Source: Sandaracinaceae bacterium (GTDB lineage Bacteria; Myxococcota_A; Polyangia; Polyangiales; Houyiibacteriaceae). From it: a stretch of DNA of 46,817 nucleotides. A program made the position numbers and the translations under genes. Under the pieces are notes generated by a model. It did not search any database and had not been told where the DNA came from. It worked only from the letters and a program-made list of their open reading frames with translations. Location of the stretch: contig JAAZAH010000272.1 of the NCBI GenBank assembly GCA_012514415.1, positions 1-46,817 of the forward strand, given 5' to 3'. This document shows positions 18,570-26,699 of this stretch, piece after piece (positions within the stretch are counted from its first letter, which is position 1; every line of letters starts with the position of its first letter).

Positions 18570-19892
18570 ATGAAGGTGGCGCGCTCGGCCTCGAAAATGA
18601 ACGACTCGATCCGACTTGAACCGATTCTCATCCGCCCCGGCGCCCGCTTTATCTGCGGCGGAGACGGACTCTGCTGCACCGACATTCACGGGCTCGGCCC
18701 CATCACGAAAACCGAACTCCGAGCAATCCGCCGGATCGATCGGAGCGGCGCCGGCTACGACGAAGATTTCGACGATCTGATGCTCCGAACCGAGGCGGAT
18801 GGGGGCTGCCACTTCCTGATGGCCGATCGCCGATGCCGGGTGCATGCGGAATTCGGTCCCGAGGCCAAGCCCTTAGGCTGCCGGCAGTTCCCCTTCTTCG
18901 TCACCGCGACGCCTGAGGGGGCGCGGATCGGCACCTACCATCGCTGTCCCTGCCGCAGCCTAGGAACTCGCCCCGCGCTCACCGTCGAGGCTGCGCTCCC
19001 TTCCATCGCGGATCCGCGGGGGAAACCCCTCGTCAATTTCAGCGTCGAGGCGATTCGGCTTGAGAAGAAAAAGACCATCCCCTTTGCCGAGTGGCGTCAT
19101 CTCGAGATTCCCCTTCTCGAGGAGCTGAACCGCGGGCGGATCCCAGAAATCTTCCGTGAGATCGATCCCTTCCCGCCGCTTCGTCGTGGGGGTAGCTACA
19201 TCCGCTTTGCCAAGGATCTCATCGCTTCGCGGGATGGGACGCGTTTTGGCGCGGCGATGGCTTGGGTGGGCGACGCGATCCTGAATCTCCTCGGCGAGCG
19301 CCCTGCACGCACTCCACATCGACCGTGGGCCGATGCCTTCGATCGGGCCGAACTCCGCGGGCGCGCGACGAAACCCGAGCGCGTGCTCACAGATTTTATC
19401 GCCGACGAGCTCTGGTCGCTCAGGTGGGCCGAAAAATATTCCTTTCTGCGCTTTCGGGCCGATCTCGCCACGCGGCTCGCCATCATCGCAGATATGGAGG
19501 CGAGACTTCGCGCAGAGGGCGCGAGGCGCGATCGGGCCGCGGCCGAGGCAATCAGCATCATGGAGGCGATCGCGGAGTCCGAGCATTGGACCGAGCTCGT
19601 CCCCTTGATGCGTTTAGGAGCTGCATCGTCAGCGTCCTCCTCTGAGCCCGCGCGGAAACCCGCCGAAAAAACGGTGCAAACGAAACAAACGAAAGCATCG
19701 AAACCAACGAAACAAACGAAAGCATCGAAACCAACGAAAAAGCAGCGCGCTTCGGCTCCTTCGAAGGAGGCCGCCTCCGGTCGCCGGACGCGCGCAGCGG
19801 CGGAGCGGAACGCGCTCGAAACGAGCCTCGATGAAGATCTCATGGACGATCTCAGCGAGGGGCTCGAGATCGAGATCACGGCGTTGGTTTGA
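18570..19892 (+). CDS. YkgJ-type Cys-cluster (zinc/iron-chelating) domain protein with a long C-terminal extension
   Basis: 440 aa. Cys motifs are FICGGDGLCCTD and GGCHFLMADRRCRVH...GCRQFPF. The C-terminus is Lys/Thr-rich and carries a duplicated KQTKASKPT. An alternative start lies at 18597. Confidence 0.7.
   Translation: MKVARSASKMNDSIRLEPILIRPGARFICGGDGLCCTDIHGLGPITKTELRAIRRIDRSGAGYDEDFDDLMLRTEADGGCHFLMADRRCRVHAEFGPEAKPLGCRQFPFFVTATPEGARIGTYHRCPCRSLGTRPALTVEAALPSIADPRGKPLVNFSVEAIRLEKKKTIPFAEWRHLEIPLLEELNRGRIPEIFREIDPFPPLRRGGSYIRFAKDLIASRDGTRFGAAMAWVGDAILNLLGERPARTPHRPWADAFDRAELRGRATKPERVLTDFIADELWSLRWAEKYSFLRFRADLATRLAIIADMEARLRAEGARRDRAAAEAISIMEAIAESEHWTELVPLMRLGAASSASSSEPARKPAEKTVQTKQTKASKPTKQTKASKPTKKQRASAPSKEAASGRRTRAAAERNALETSLDEDLMDDLSEGLEIEITALV
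19682..19735 (+). repeat. Perfect 2 x 27-bp tandem duplication inside a CDS
   Basis: GAAACAAACGAAAGCATCGAAACCAAC occurs at 19682-19708 and again, identically, at 19709-19735. It encodes KQTKASKPT twice. Confidence 0.9.
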
Positions 19893-19925
19893 TTGGAGGG
19901 TGTCCCGAGCGGATAGTGGAGAACC

Positions 19926-20462
19926 ATGGACTCGTCCGAAGAAGAAATCCGCGCGCTCGAGGTGCAGCTCGGAAGACCGATTCAGGGTGAGAGTCGGATC
20001 GCCCGTCGCTGTCACCTCTCACTCCCGGTCGTGGTCGAAGTGGAGCCGCTCACCAGCGATGAGCGTCCTTTCCCGACCCTTTATTGGTTGAGCTGCCCCG
20101 TGCTCCGCCGCCGCGTTTCGCGCGTTGAGGAGCGCGGAGCGGTGCGCGAACTCGACGAACGAGTGGCAAGCGATCCCGACTTTCGTGCGCGATTCGAAGA
20201 CGCCGCCTCGGCGTACGCCAAGCGGCGCGATGCGAAGCTTCCCGAAGGCGCCGCGCTTACTCCGCGCGGCGGAATCGGCGGATCGATGGGCGGCGTGAAA
20301 TGTCTCCACGCGCATCTTGCCGAATACCTGATCAGCGGCCTCAGTCCGGCAGGTGAATGGGTAAGCCGCGAGGTCCTTCCCGTGAGCTGCGAAATGCCGT
20401 GCGTGATCCGAGAGGGCGAGGAACTCAAGAAAAATCCCGAGTTTCGGGAGCCCCGTCAATGA
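19926..20462 (+). CDS. DUF501 family protein
   Basis: 178 aa. Motifs PFPTLYWLSCPVL and GGVKCLHAHLAEYL match the DUF501 pattern. Confidence 0.75.
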   Translation: MDSSEEEIRALEVQLGRPIQGESRIARRCHLSLPVVVEVEPLTSDERPFPTLYWLSCPVLRRRVSRVEERGAVRELDERVASDPDFRARFEDAASAYAKRRDAKLPEGAALTPRGGIGGSMGGVKCLHAHLAEYLISGLSPAGEWVSREVLPVSCEMPCVIREGEELKKNPEFREPRQ

Positions 20463-20881
20463 TTGCACGGGCGGGTTGGGGCGTTCTTGCGGCGCTTGGG
20501 ATCGCCACCCTGCTCATCGCCCACGCGCTCGAGCCGTCCCCAGCCGGCTTGGGGACCCACGAGGCGCTCGGCCTGCCTCCGTGCGGTTCCCGCGCGCTTT
20601 TCTCACTTCCCTGTCCTGGCTGCGGACTCACGACTGCATTTTCACACCTGATGCGGTTTGAGCTGAGCGCCGCTGTCCGCGCGAATCCGGCTGGTGTCTA
20701 TCTCTTCGTCGTGAATCTCATCCTCATCGCGCTTGGCGCACTCGGCGCGCTTCGGGGCTATTGCTTTAAAACGGTCGCTGCCTCCCGCATCACGCGCCTC
20801 TTCGCCATCCTCACGCTCGTGGCGCTCTTCGGCGGCTGGATGGCCCGGCTTCTCTGGCTCTCGAGCGGGGCGGTCGCGTGA
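20459..20881 (+). CDS. DUF2752-like membrane protein
   Basis: I take the start at the internal ATG 20459, which overlaps the upstream stop (ATGA). The motif LPCPGCGLTTAF and several hydrophobic helices are present. Confidence 0.7.
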   Translation: MIARAGWGVLAALGIATLLIAHALEPSPAGLGTHEALGLPPCGSRALFSLPCPGCGLTTAFSHLMRFELSAAVRANPAGVYLFVVNLILIALGALGALRGYCFKTVAASRITRLFAILTLVALFGGWMARLLWLSSGAVA

Positions 20882-21012
20882 GCGGCGCGCAGAAAAGAAA
20901 ACGAACGGATAGGGGGGCGGCTCGCGCTCCGAGCCATCGAGGGTGGTATCTTCACTCGACTCATCTAAATTTCGATCGGCATCCGGTCGGATGTCTCTGA
21001 GCGGCGATCTCG

Positions 21013-22635
21013 ATGAGCCAAGACCCCATCGTCTTATTTCTCTCTTTCACGCTCCTTGTGGGCGGCCTCGTCTTTGTGCACGAGCTTGGGCATTTTTTGG
21101 TCGCCAAGGCCTTTGGCGTCCATGTCGTCCGCTTCAGTCTCGGTTTTGGTCCCCGCCTCGCCGGAGTCCGCCTTTTTGGGACGGAATACGTTCTCTCCCT
21201 TCTCCCGATCGGCGGGTATGTCCAGCTCCTCGGCGAGACCGATCTCTCCAAAAGCGATCGCGATCGTTTTTTTCACCGCACGTTCGATGGGCAGACGGTC
21301 ATCGCGCGGATGCTGATCGTCTTGGCAGGCCCATTGATGAGCCTCGCCTTTCCTTTCGCGCTTTTCTTCTTTGTCTTCCTTGCAGATACCAACCTGCATC
21401 CGCCGCTCATCGGAGAGGTCACGCCGGGGATGCCCGCCGACGGCTTCCTGATGCCGGGCGATCGCGTACTCGAGATCAACGGGAGGCGCGTTCGCTCCTA
21501 CGACGACATTAAACGGATCGTGGAGGAGAGCGCGGATGAGATTCTCGATTTTCGGATCGAGCGCCGCGGCGAAGAGGCCGTCATCAGCATCGTCGCCTCG
21601 GCCGTCCCGCCCGAAGTCGATCATATGGTGGTGAAGGAGACGATTGGGCGCATTGGCATCCTCCCCGTCGCACCTCTGCCAGTCATCGGCGTGAGCTCTG
21701 AACAGAGCCCCGCGTATGCCGCCGGCCTCCGTACCTTCGATACGATCGTTTCGATCGGTGGAGCGCCCATCACGCGCGCCGACGAGATCGATCGTGCCCT
21801 CCTCGGGCGCGGGCTTCACGCTGTTGTCTACCTTCGGCCCGAGCCTGTGAGCGAAATCTTGGGGGGATTCGCCGAGATCGAGCTCTTTTCGCCGCGCGTC
21901 GCGACGCTTCGACCGGGGCAGGTCGTCACCGGACAGCTCGGTGCCGGCATCGATTCGGGCGATGCGTTCATCCGTACGGTGGTCCTTGAGAGCCCTGAAT
22001 ATCGCGCGGGGATCCGCCCGGGAGATCGCCTCGTTGCAGTCGATGGTGAGCCCGTTCGGCTCTTTCGCGAAACGATGGCGAAGATCGAGCGCTCGGACGC
22101 AGAGACGCACCATTATGTCGTGCGTCGCGGTGGGGAGCTCCTCGGTTTTGACGTCCGTTTCCCGCGCGGCGATCGCACCATCGGCATCCATAACTTCAAG
22201 CCTTATCGGGCATTCGAACCGGTGCCGAATGAATCACGCGTAAGCTACGCATTGAGGGAGAGCGCGCGCCGAACGGCCTTCCTCATCGGCATCACTTGGG
22301 AGTCGCTGAAGAAGCTCTTTCAAGGCGAGCTCAATCGCGAAGAGATCGGCGGGCCGCTCTTTGTCTTCTTTGCTGCGGGCGATGCCGCCTCCGAGGGCGC
22401 CGAGCAATTTCTCTCGCTCATGGCCATCATCAGCGTGAACCTCGGCATCTTGAACCTCCTCCCGATTCCGCTTCTTGATGGTGGCCAATTTGTCTTCCTC
22501 TGCATCGAGTCGATCCTTCGCCGTCCGCTTCCATCGCGGGTGCGTGATGTGGCGGTCGCGCTTGGCTGGCTCGGTCTCCTCGCCCTCACCATCTTCGCGC
22601 TCTTCAACGACATTCAGCGCTTTTTCTTCGGATGA
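21013..22635 (+). CDS. rseP: RIP site-2 metalloprotease (M50), long form with multiple PDZ-like segments
   Basis: 540 aa. Motifs HELGHFLVAKAFGV and NLLPIPLLDGG. Confidence 0.9.
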   Translation: MSQDPIVLFLSFTLLVGGLVFVHELGHFLVAKAFGVHVVRFSLGFGPRLAGVRLFGTEYVLSLLPIGGYVQLLGETDLSKSDRDRFFHRTFDGQTVIARMLIVLAGPLMSLAFPFALFFFVFLADTNLHPPLIGEVTPGMPADGFLMPGDRVLEINGRRVRSYDDIKRIVEESADEILDFRIERRGEEAVISIVASAVPPEVDHMVVKETIGRIGILPVAPLPVIGVSSEQSPAYAAGLRTFDTIVSIGGAPITRADEIDRALLGRGLHAVVYLRPEPVSEILGGFAEIELFSPRVATLRPGQVVTGQLGAGIDSGDAFIRTVVLESPEYRAGIRPGDRLVAVDGEPVRLFRETMAKIERSDAETHHYVVRRGGELLGFDVRFPRGDRTIGIHNFKPYRAFEPVPNESRVSYALRESARRTAFLIGITWESLKKLFQGELNREEIGGPLFVFFAAGDAASEGAEQFLSLMAIISVNLGILNLLPIPLLDGGQFVFLCIESILRRPLPSRVRDVAVALGWLGLLALTIFALFNDIQRFFFG

Positions 22636-22695
22636 GCCGGTGATGCCTCTTGCCGCCTTCTTCTTTCCCCATTCCCATCCCATCGGGTCGATCCA

Positions 22696-24039
22696 ATGAA
22701 TGAGCGCTCCGCACGCGGCGTCGCCATCCGAACCATCGAGCGAGTCCTCGGCGACGATGCTTATGCGAGCGTCGTCCTCGATCACGAGCTTTATCGCGCA
22801 CAACTTCCAGTCCGCGATCGCGCGCTTGCTTCCGCCATCGTCTACGGTTCGCTCCGCGCGTTCATCTTCCTCGATGAGTCCATCCGAAAAGAGCTGCGGA
22901 GGCCCGACGCACCTCTCGACACCTATCTTCGCGCGGCGCTGATGACGGCGGCCTATCAGCTCCGCTTCTTCGATCGCGTTCCCGCGTACGCCATCGTCGA
23001 TGAGACCGTCGGGCTTGTGCGAAAAAAGCGCGGAGGCAAGCTCACGGGCTTTGCCAACGCCATCCTCCGCCGACTCTCGCGGCGCTTCGAGATGGAGCCG
23101 CGTCCGGATTCGGATTTCTTTCTGCCCGCCTGGCTTGCACGCGCGCTCGGCGAGCGTTTTGGCGAGGCTTACCGACACGACGTGAGCAGCTCCATCCCAG
23201 CGACATCACTGCGCGCTCGGATCGATCGAGATGAGCTCCTCGCGCGCATCCAGGAGGCCCGGCCCAAAGCCGACCTCGCTCTTGGACAGCTCTCGGACGC
23301 TGCGATTTTGGGGCGGAACCTAGGAGATCCCCGGCGCCTCCCCGGCTTCGATGCGGGCGATTTCGTCGTCCAAGAGGAGGGCAGTCAGTTCATCGCCCAA
23401 GCGGTCGGGGCGCGTCCGGGCGAAAGCGTCTTTGACGCGTGTGCGGGGCGCGGCGGAAAGACCGCGGTTCTTCGCGAGGCGATGGGAGGTGAGTCGAGGC
23501 TCGTTGCCGCGGATCTTCACGAACCGCGACTCGACGCGCTGAGGGAGAATTTTGAGCGACTCCACTTGGCGGAACCCGAAGTTCATACGCTCGATCTCAC
23601 GGTCGGGACGGGCGGACTGCCCCTTGAAAGCTTCGATCGCGTGCTCGTCGATGCGCCGTGCAGTGGGCTTGGAACCATTCGACGGCGGCCCGAGCTTCTC
23701 CTTCGATTTGATGAGCGCTCGCTGCAATCGCTGCAGAAGACCCAGCGCGAAGTCGTCCGGAATGCCGCGCGTTTGGTTCGTCGGGGCGGGCTTCTCGTCT
23801 ACGCGGTCTGCAGTCCGCTTCGAGAGGAAGGCGCCGAAATTCTTCATGAGATCGCGGACTTTGGATTGTCAGCGGAAAATAGAACTATCGATTACAAAAG
23901 ATTACAATTCATTTTTCAGGAGGGCAATTGCCACCATATTGGTCCTTTTTCACCAGGAGCGTTTTGCAACCCCGACGGATATCAGCTCTTCTTTCTTCGG
24001 AAGGCCGGTTCAAGTGGCAGCGGATTCCAGCTTGCCTAA
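22696..24039 (+). CDS. rsmB: 16S rRNA (cytosine-C5) methyltransferase, RsmB/Sun family
   Basis: 447 aa. It has a NusB-like N-terminus, an SAM motif DACAGRGGKT and a catalytic region VLVDAPCSGLGTIRRRPE. Confidence 0.85.
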   Translation: MNERSARGVAIRTIERVLGDDAYASVVLDHELYRAQLPVRDRALASAIVYGSLRAFIFLDESIRKELRRPDAPLDTYLRAALMTAAYQLRFFDRVPAYAIVDETVGLVRKKRGGKLTGFANAILRRLSRRFEMEPRPDSDFFLPAWLARALGERFGEAYRHDVSSSIPATSLRARIDRDELLARIQEARPKADLALGQLSDAAILGRNLGDPRRLPGFDAGDFVVQEEGSQFIAQAVGARPGESVFDACAGRGGKTAVLREAMGGESRLVAADLHEPRLDALRENFERLHLAEPEVHTLDLTVGTGGLPLESFDRVLVDAPCSGLGTIRRRPELLLRFDERSLQSLQKTQREVVRNAARLVRRGGLLVYAVCSPLREEGAEILHEIADFGLSAENRTIDYKRLQFIFQEGNCHHIGPFSPGAFCNPDGYQLFFLRKAGSSGSGFQLA

Positions 24040-24053
24040 AGGCAAATTCTTAT

Positions 24054-24082
24054 TTGACAGGACCCGAAATGAGTACTAGAAA
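24054..24082 (+). promoter_or_regulatory. Candidate sigma70-type promoter for tRNA-Pro
   Basis: TTGACA at 24054-24059, a 17-nt spacer, then TAGAAA at 24077-24082. This is about 17 nt upstream of the mature tRNA 5' end, in a locally AT-rich stretch. Confidence 0.3.
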
Positions 24083-24098
24083 GCGGCACTCTGACTTT

Positions 24099-24174
<76 letters not shown>

Positions 24175-24192
24175 CTTTTCTATGTGGCTCAG

Positions 24193-24858
24193 ATGCCTTA
24201 TCCCTTGAGGACTATGCAAGCTGAGACACAACAAAACGAAGCCATCACTCCGACTCATCGCTTCTCCAGCGTTCGCGTGCTCGTCGTCGACGACGATCAG
24301 GACGTGTGTCAGTTCATGGAGACCTTCCTTGAGAGCGATGGTTTCGCCGTCACCACGCTCAACGAGCCGAAGGACGCGGCGGAGGCCGTGCGCAATGGCG
24401 GGTACCACCTGGTCATCCTCGATCTGATGATGCCAGGGATGGACGGCCTCTCGGTGCTCGAAGAGATTCGCAAGGTCGATAACGACGTCGCGGTGCTCAT
24501 CTACACCGGCTACCCCAGCCTCGAAACCGCCGTGCGCGCGATGAAGCTCGACGCGATCGACTACCTCCAAAAGCCCTTCGAGCCCGAAGCCTTCCGCGAG
24601 GCGCTCGATCGCATCCTGCGCAAAAAGGGCCTCCTTCGCTCGCCCGAGGAAGAGCTCCTCAAGAGCATCGGTGAGAATATCCGCCGCCTTCGCCATGAGC
24701 GCGGACTCACGTTGAAGCAGCTGGGCCGCCGTGCCTCCCTCAGCGTCTCGCTTATCTCACAGATCGAGCGGGCGGAGTCGAGCGCGTCGATCTCCTCGCT
24801 TTATCGCGTGGCCACAGCGCTCGATTCGAAGATCAGCGATCTCTTTGGCGATTTCTGA
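24193..24858 (+). CDS. Response regulator with a receiver domain and a C-terminal XRE (Cro/C1-type) HTH output
   Basis: REC motifs are VLVVDDDQDV, LVILDLMMPGMDG and LQKPF. The HTH_XRE segment is IRRLRHERGLTLKQLGRRASLSVSLISQIERAES. The start is at 24193 or 24214; the part of the listed ORF upstream of that overlaps the tRNA. Confidence 0.8.
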   Translation: MPYPLRTMQAETQQNEAITPTHRFSSVRVLVVDDDQDVCQFMETFLESDGFAVTTLNEPKDAAEAVRNGGYHLVILDLMMPGMDGLSVLEEIRKVDNDVAVLIYTGYPSLETAVRAMKLDAIDYLQKPFEPEAFREALDRILRKKGLLRSPEEELLKSIGENIRRLRHERGLTLKQLGRRASLSVSLISQIERAESSASISSLYRVATALDSKISDLFGDF

Positions 24859-25678
24859 TCGCCTCTTTGGCCGCAAGCTTCAGCCCGACCATCTCCGGCT
24901 CGTCCTCGAAAGGGAGGATGAGCTGGAAATAGAGCGTCGGGTGTCGGCTCATTTGAGGGAGGAGCTTCACTGCGACCTCTTTTGAGCGCGCAGGATGGAG
25001 GGTGACGAGCCTCGTTGAGAGCGCGCCGACGAGCGGAGCGAGCTCCTCGATCCGTTCGGGGCTCGCTTGAGCCGCGCGGAAAATGAGCCTGAGGGCCTGT
25101 TCGAAAAATCGAAGCGGCGCGAATCCGAACGCGGCGGGGTTTTGGCGGAGCGCATCGAGGGCGACTTCTTCATCGCCTCCGATCTCGATGAAGAGAAGGA
25201 GAGGGGCGATCTCGGATGGGTGCGCTTCGATCGCGCGACGGAGGATCGCCTCGGCGCGGTGCACATCCCCCACGCGGAGCGCGGTGCGGGCCATGAGCAG
25301 CTGCGCCTTGATCGAACGGGAAGGAGATTGCCCCATCTCTCTTTCGAGGACGGAGCGCGCTTCGAGGGGCCGATTGAGCGTGAGCAGCGCCTCGGCGTAA
25401 AGGAGCATGAGTGCCTCGTCGTCGGGATAGCGCCGCGTGAGTGAGCGGAGGAGCGCTTCGGCCTCTTCGAGATCGCTTCCGCCGGCACGTTCGAGGAGTC
25501 TCGCGGCCTCGGTGGCCTGTCCTCGGTCGTGATCGCGGAGCGCGCGCGGTGCGCCTTCGGCTTGGGTGTGGATCGCGCAGCCGCCGAGGAGCGCCACGCC
25601 CACGAGCCCGAGCACAGGCAGAAGCAAGTTCGCGGAGCGGCGCTTTGTCGTAGGACCTCCCATCGAATGCATCTTCAC
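24833..25678 (-). CDS. TPR-repeat lipoprotein
   Basis: 281 aa. The signal peptide carries a lipobox (VALLGGC), and TPR-like helical repeats follow (ALMLLYAEALLTLNRPLEA and others). Its 3' end overlaps the response regulator 3' end by 26 nt. Confidence 0.7.
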   Translation of the reverse strand: MKMHSMGGPTTKRRSANLLLPVLGLVGVALLGGCAIHTQAEGAPRALRDHDRGQATEAARLLERAGGSDLEEAEALLRSLTRRYPDDEALMLLYAEALLTLNRPLEARSVLEREMGQSPSRSIKAQLLMARTALRVGDVHRAEAILRRAIEAHPSEIAPLLLFIEIGGDEEVALDALRQNPAAFGFAPLRFFEQALRLIFRAAQASPERIEELAPLVGALSTRLVTLHPARSKEVAVKLLPQMSRHPTLYFQLILPFEDEPEMVGLKLAAKEAIRNRQRDR

Positions 25679-25796
25679 ATGAATCGGCCGTGGGGGTGAA
25701 TTTCAGAAGGTTCGAGCGTGCGATTGGTCATTGATGAGTGGCGGCTGCTTCTCGTATCATCGCCGCCGATCTGTCCTTGACAGAGAGGAGCTGGTG

Positions 25797-26348
25797 ATGA
25801 GTGATTCGGATGCCCAATATGTAGAGACATTTCAAGGCTGGCTTCGCGGCCTCCCGGACGATGCGGAGAAGCTTACGGAGCTCTTGGGCGATGAGTCGAT
25901 CCCACTCGATGCCCGAGAGTTCGTCGCTGGCGGTTTGAACTACCTCTTTAAATCGCTCGATATCGTGCCGGATGGGATCGATCAGTTGGGGTACCTCGAC
26001 GATTGCTTCGTGCTCCGTGTCGCCGCGAGCCTCGCGCTCGAGGAAGGCGCGGACGAGGCCGGGATGGAGGCGCTTGAGACGCTCGCACGCCTTTCGAATG
26101 AGACCGAATCGCTCGAGGAGTTCTTGGGGGAAGATTATCAGCGGCTTGCGGCCTATGTGAAATCCCAGAAACGGGGCGCTGCACGTGGTCGTTCGGTCAC
26201 GGATATCCTTACGGACGAAGAGACCCGCGAGGAGTTCGTTCAAGAGGTTCGGGCTTTCGCCCAAGGCTTTCGTCCACCCTCCCTCTCAGACAACGAAACG
26301 ACGCTCGTGAAATTCCGGGGCTTTCTCGATAAAAAGCTTCCGAGATGA
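25797..26348 (+). CDS. DUF1232 (YkvA)-like protein
   Basis: The start ATG at 25797 is preceded by GAGAGGAG. The motif YLFKSLDIVPDGIDQLGYLDDCFVLRVA resembles the DUF1232 core. Confidence 0.6.
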   Translation: MSDSDAQYVETFQGWLRGLPDDAEKLTELLGDESIPLDAREFVAGGLNYLFKSLDIVPDGIDQLGYLDDCFVLRVAASLALEEGADEAGMEALETLARLSNETESLEEFLGEDYQRLAAYVKSQKRGAARGRSVTDILTDEETREEFVQEVRAFAQGFRPPSLSDNETTLVKFRGFLDKKLPR

Positions 26349-26402
26349 GCTGCGAAATCTGACAAAAGCGCCGTTTGTTATTTAGACTCTGGTTCAGAAA
26401 GG

Positions 26403-26422
26403 CCCGCTCCTCGCGGGTTTTT
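26403..26422 (+). terminator. Short intrinsic terminator
   Basis: CCCGC (26403-26407) pairs with GCGGG (26413-26417) around a 5-nt loop, followed by T5 (26418-26422). It lies 55 nt after the stop of the preceding gene. Confidence 0.4.
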
Positions 26423-26699
26423 CCATTTCGGGGGAGTTTTTAGGGGTGGAACGCGCGAAATATGCCATACTGCGCCCGCAACGAACTTTCAGCATCTCTG
26501 GAGCTCGTTTCGCGAGCTGGGCTCCCTTATCCGGGGAGCCGCCTCACGTCGGACGCCCCAAGAAGTTCCGCCTGAGGCCGCCACCTGGCGCATCTCGTGA
26601 GCGGTTCTATGAGAGGTATGGGCGATCGGCGGGCATCCTTGGTCCGAAGGGCCGCTTTCCGGGAGCTCGACCGAGCGCATAGCGATTAGGGAGTTAGGA

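Noticed and set aside
19682-19735. CRISPR-like repeat
   Set aside because: There are only two directly adjacent copies with no spacers, they lie inside a CDS, and no cas genes are present. This is a simple tandem duplication.
24833-24858. 26-nt overlap of convergent 3' ends (response regulator and TPR lipoprotein), with a similar 17-nt overlap at 33672-33688
   Set aside because: Short convergent overlaps are common in compact GC-rich genomes and may partly reflect chance ORF extension past the true functional C-terminus. There is no additional structure to suggest regulation.
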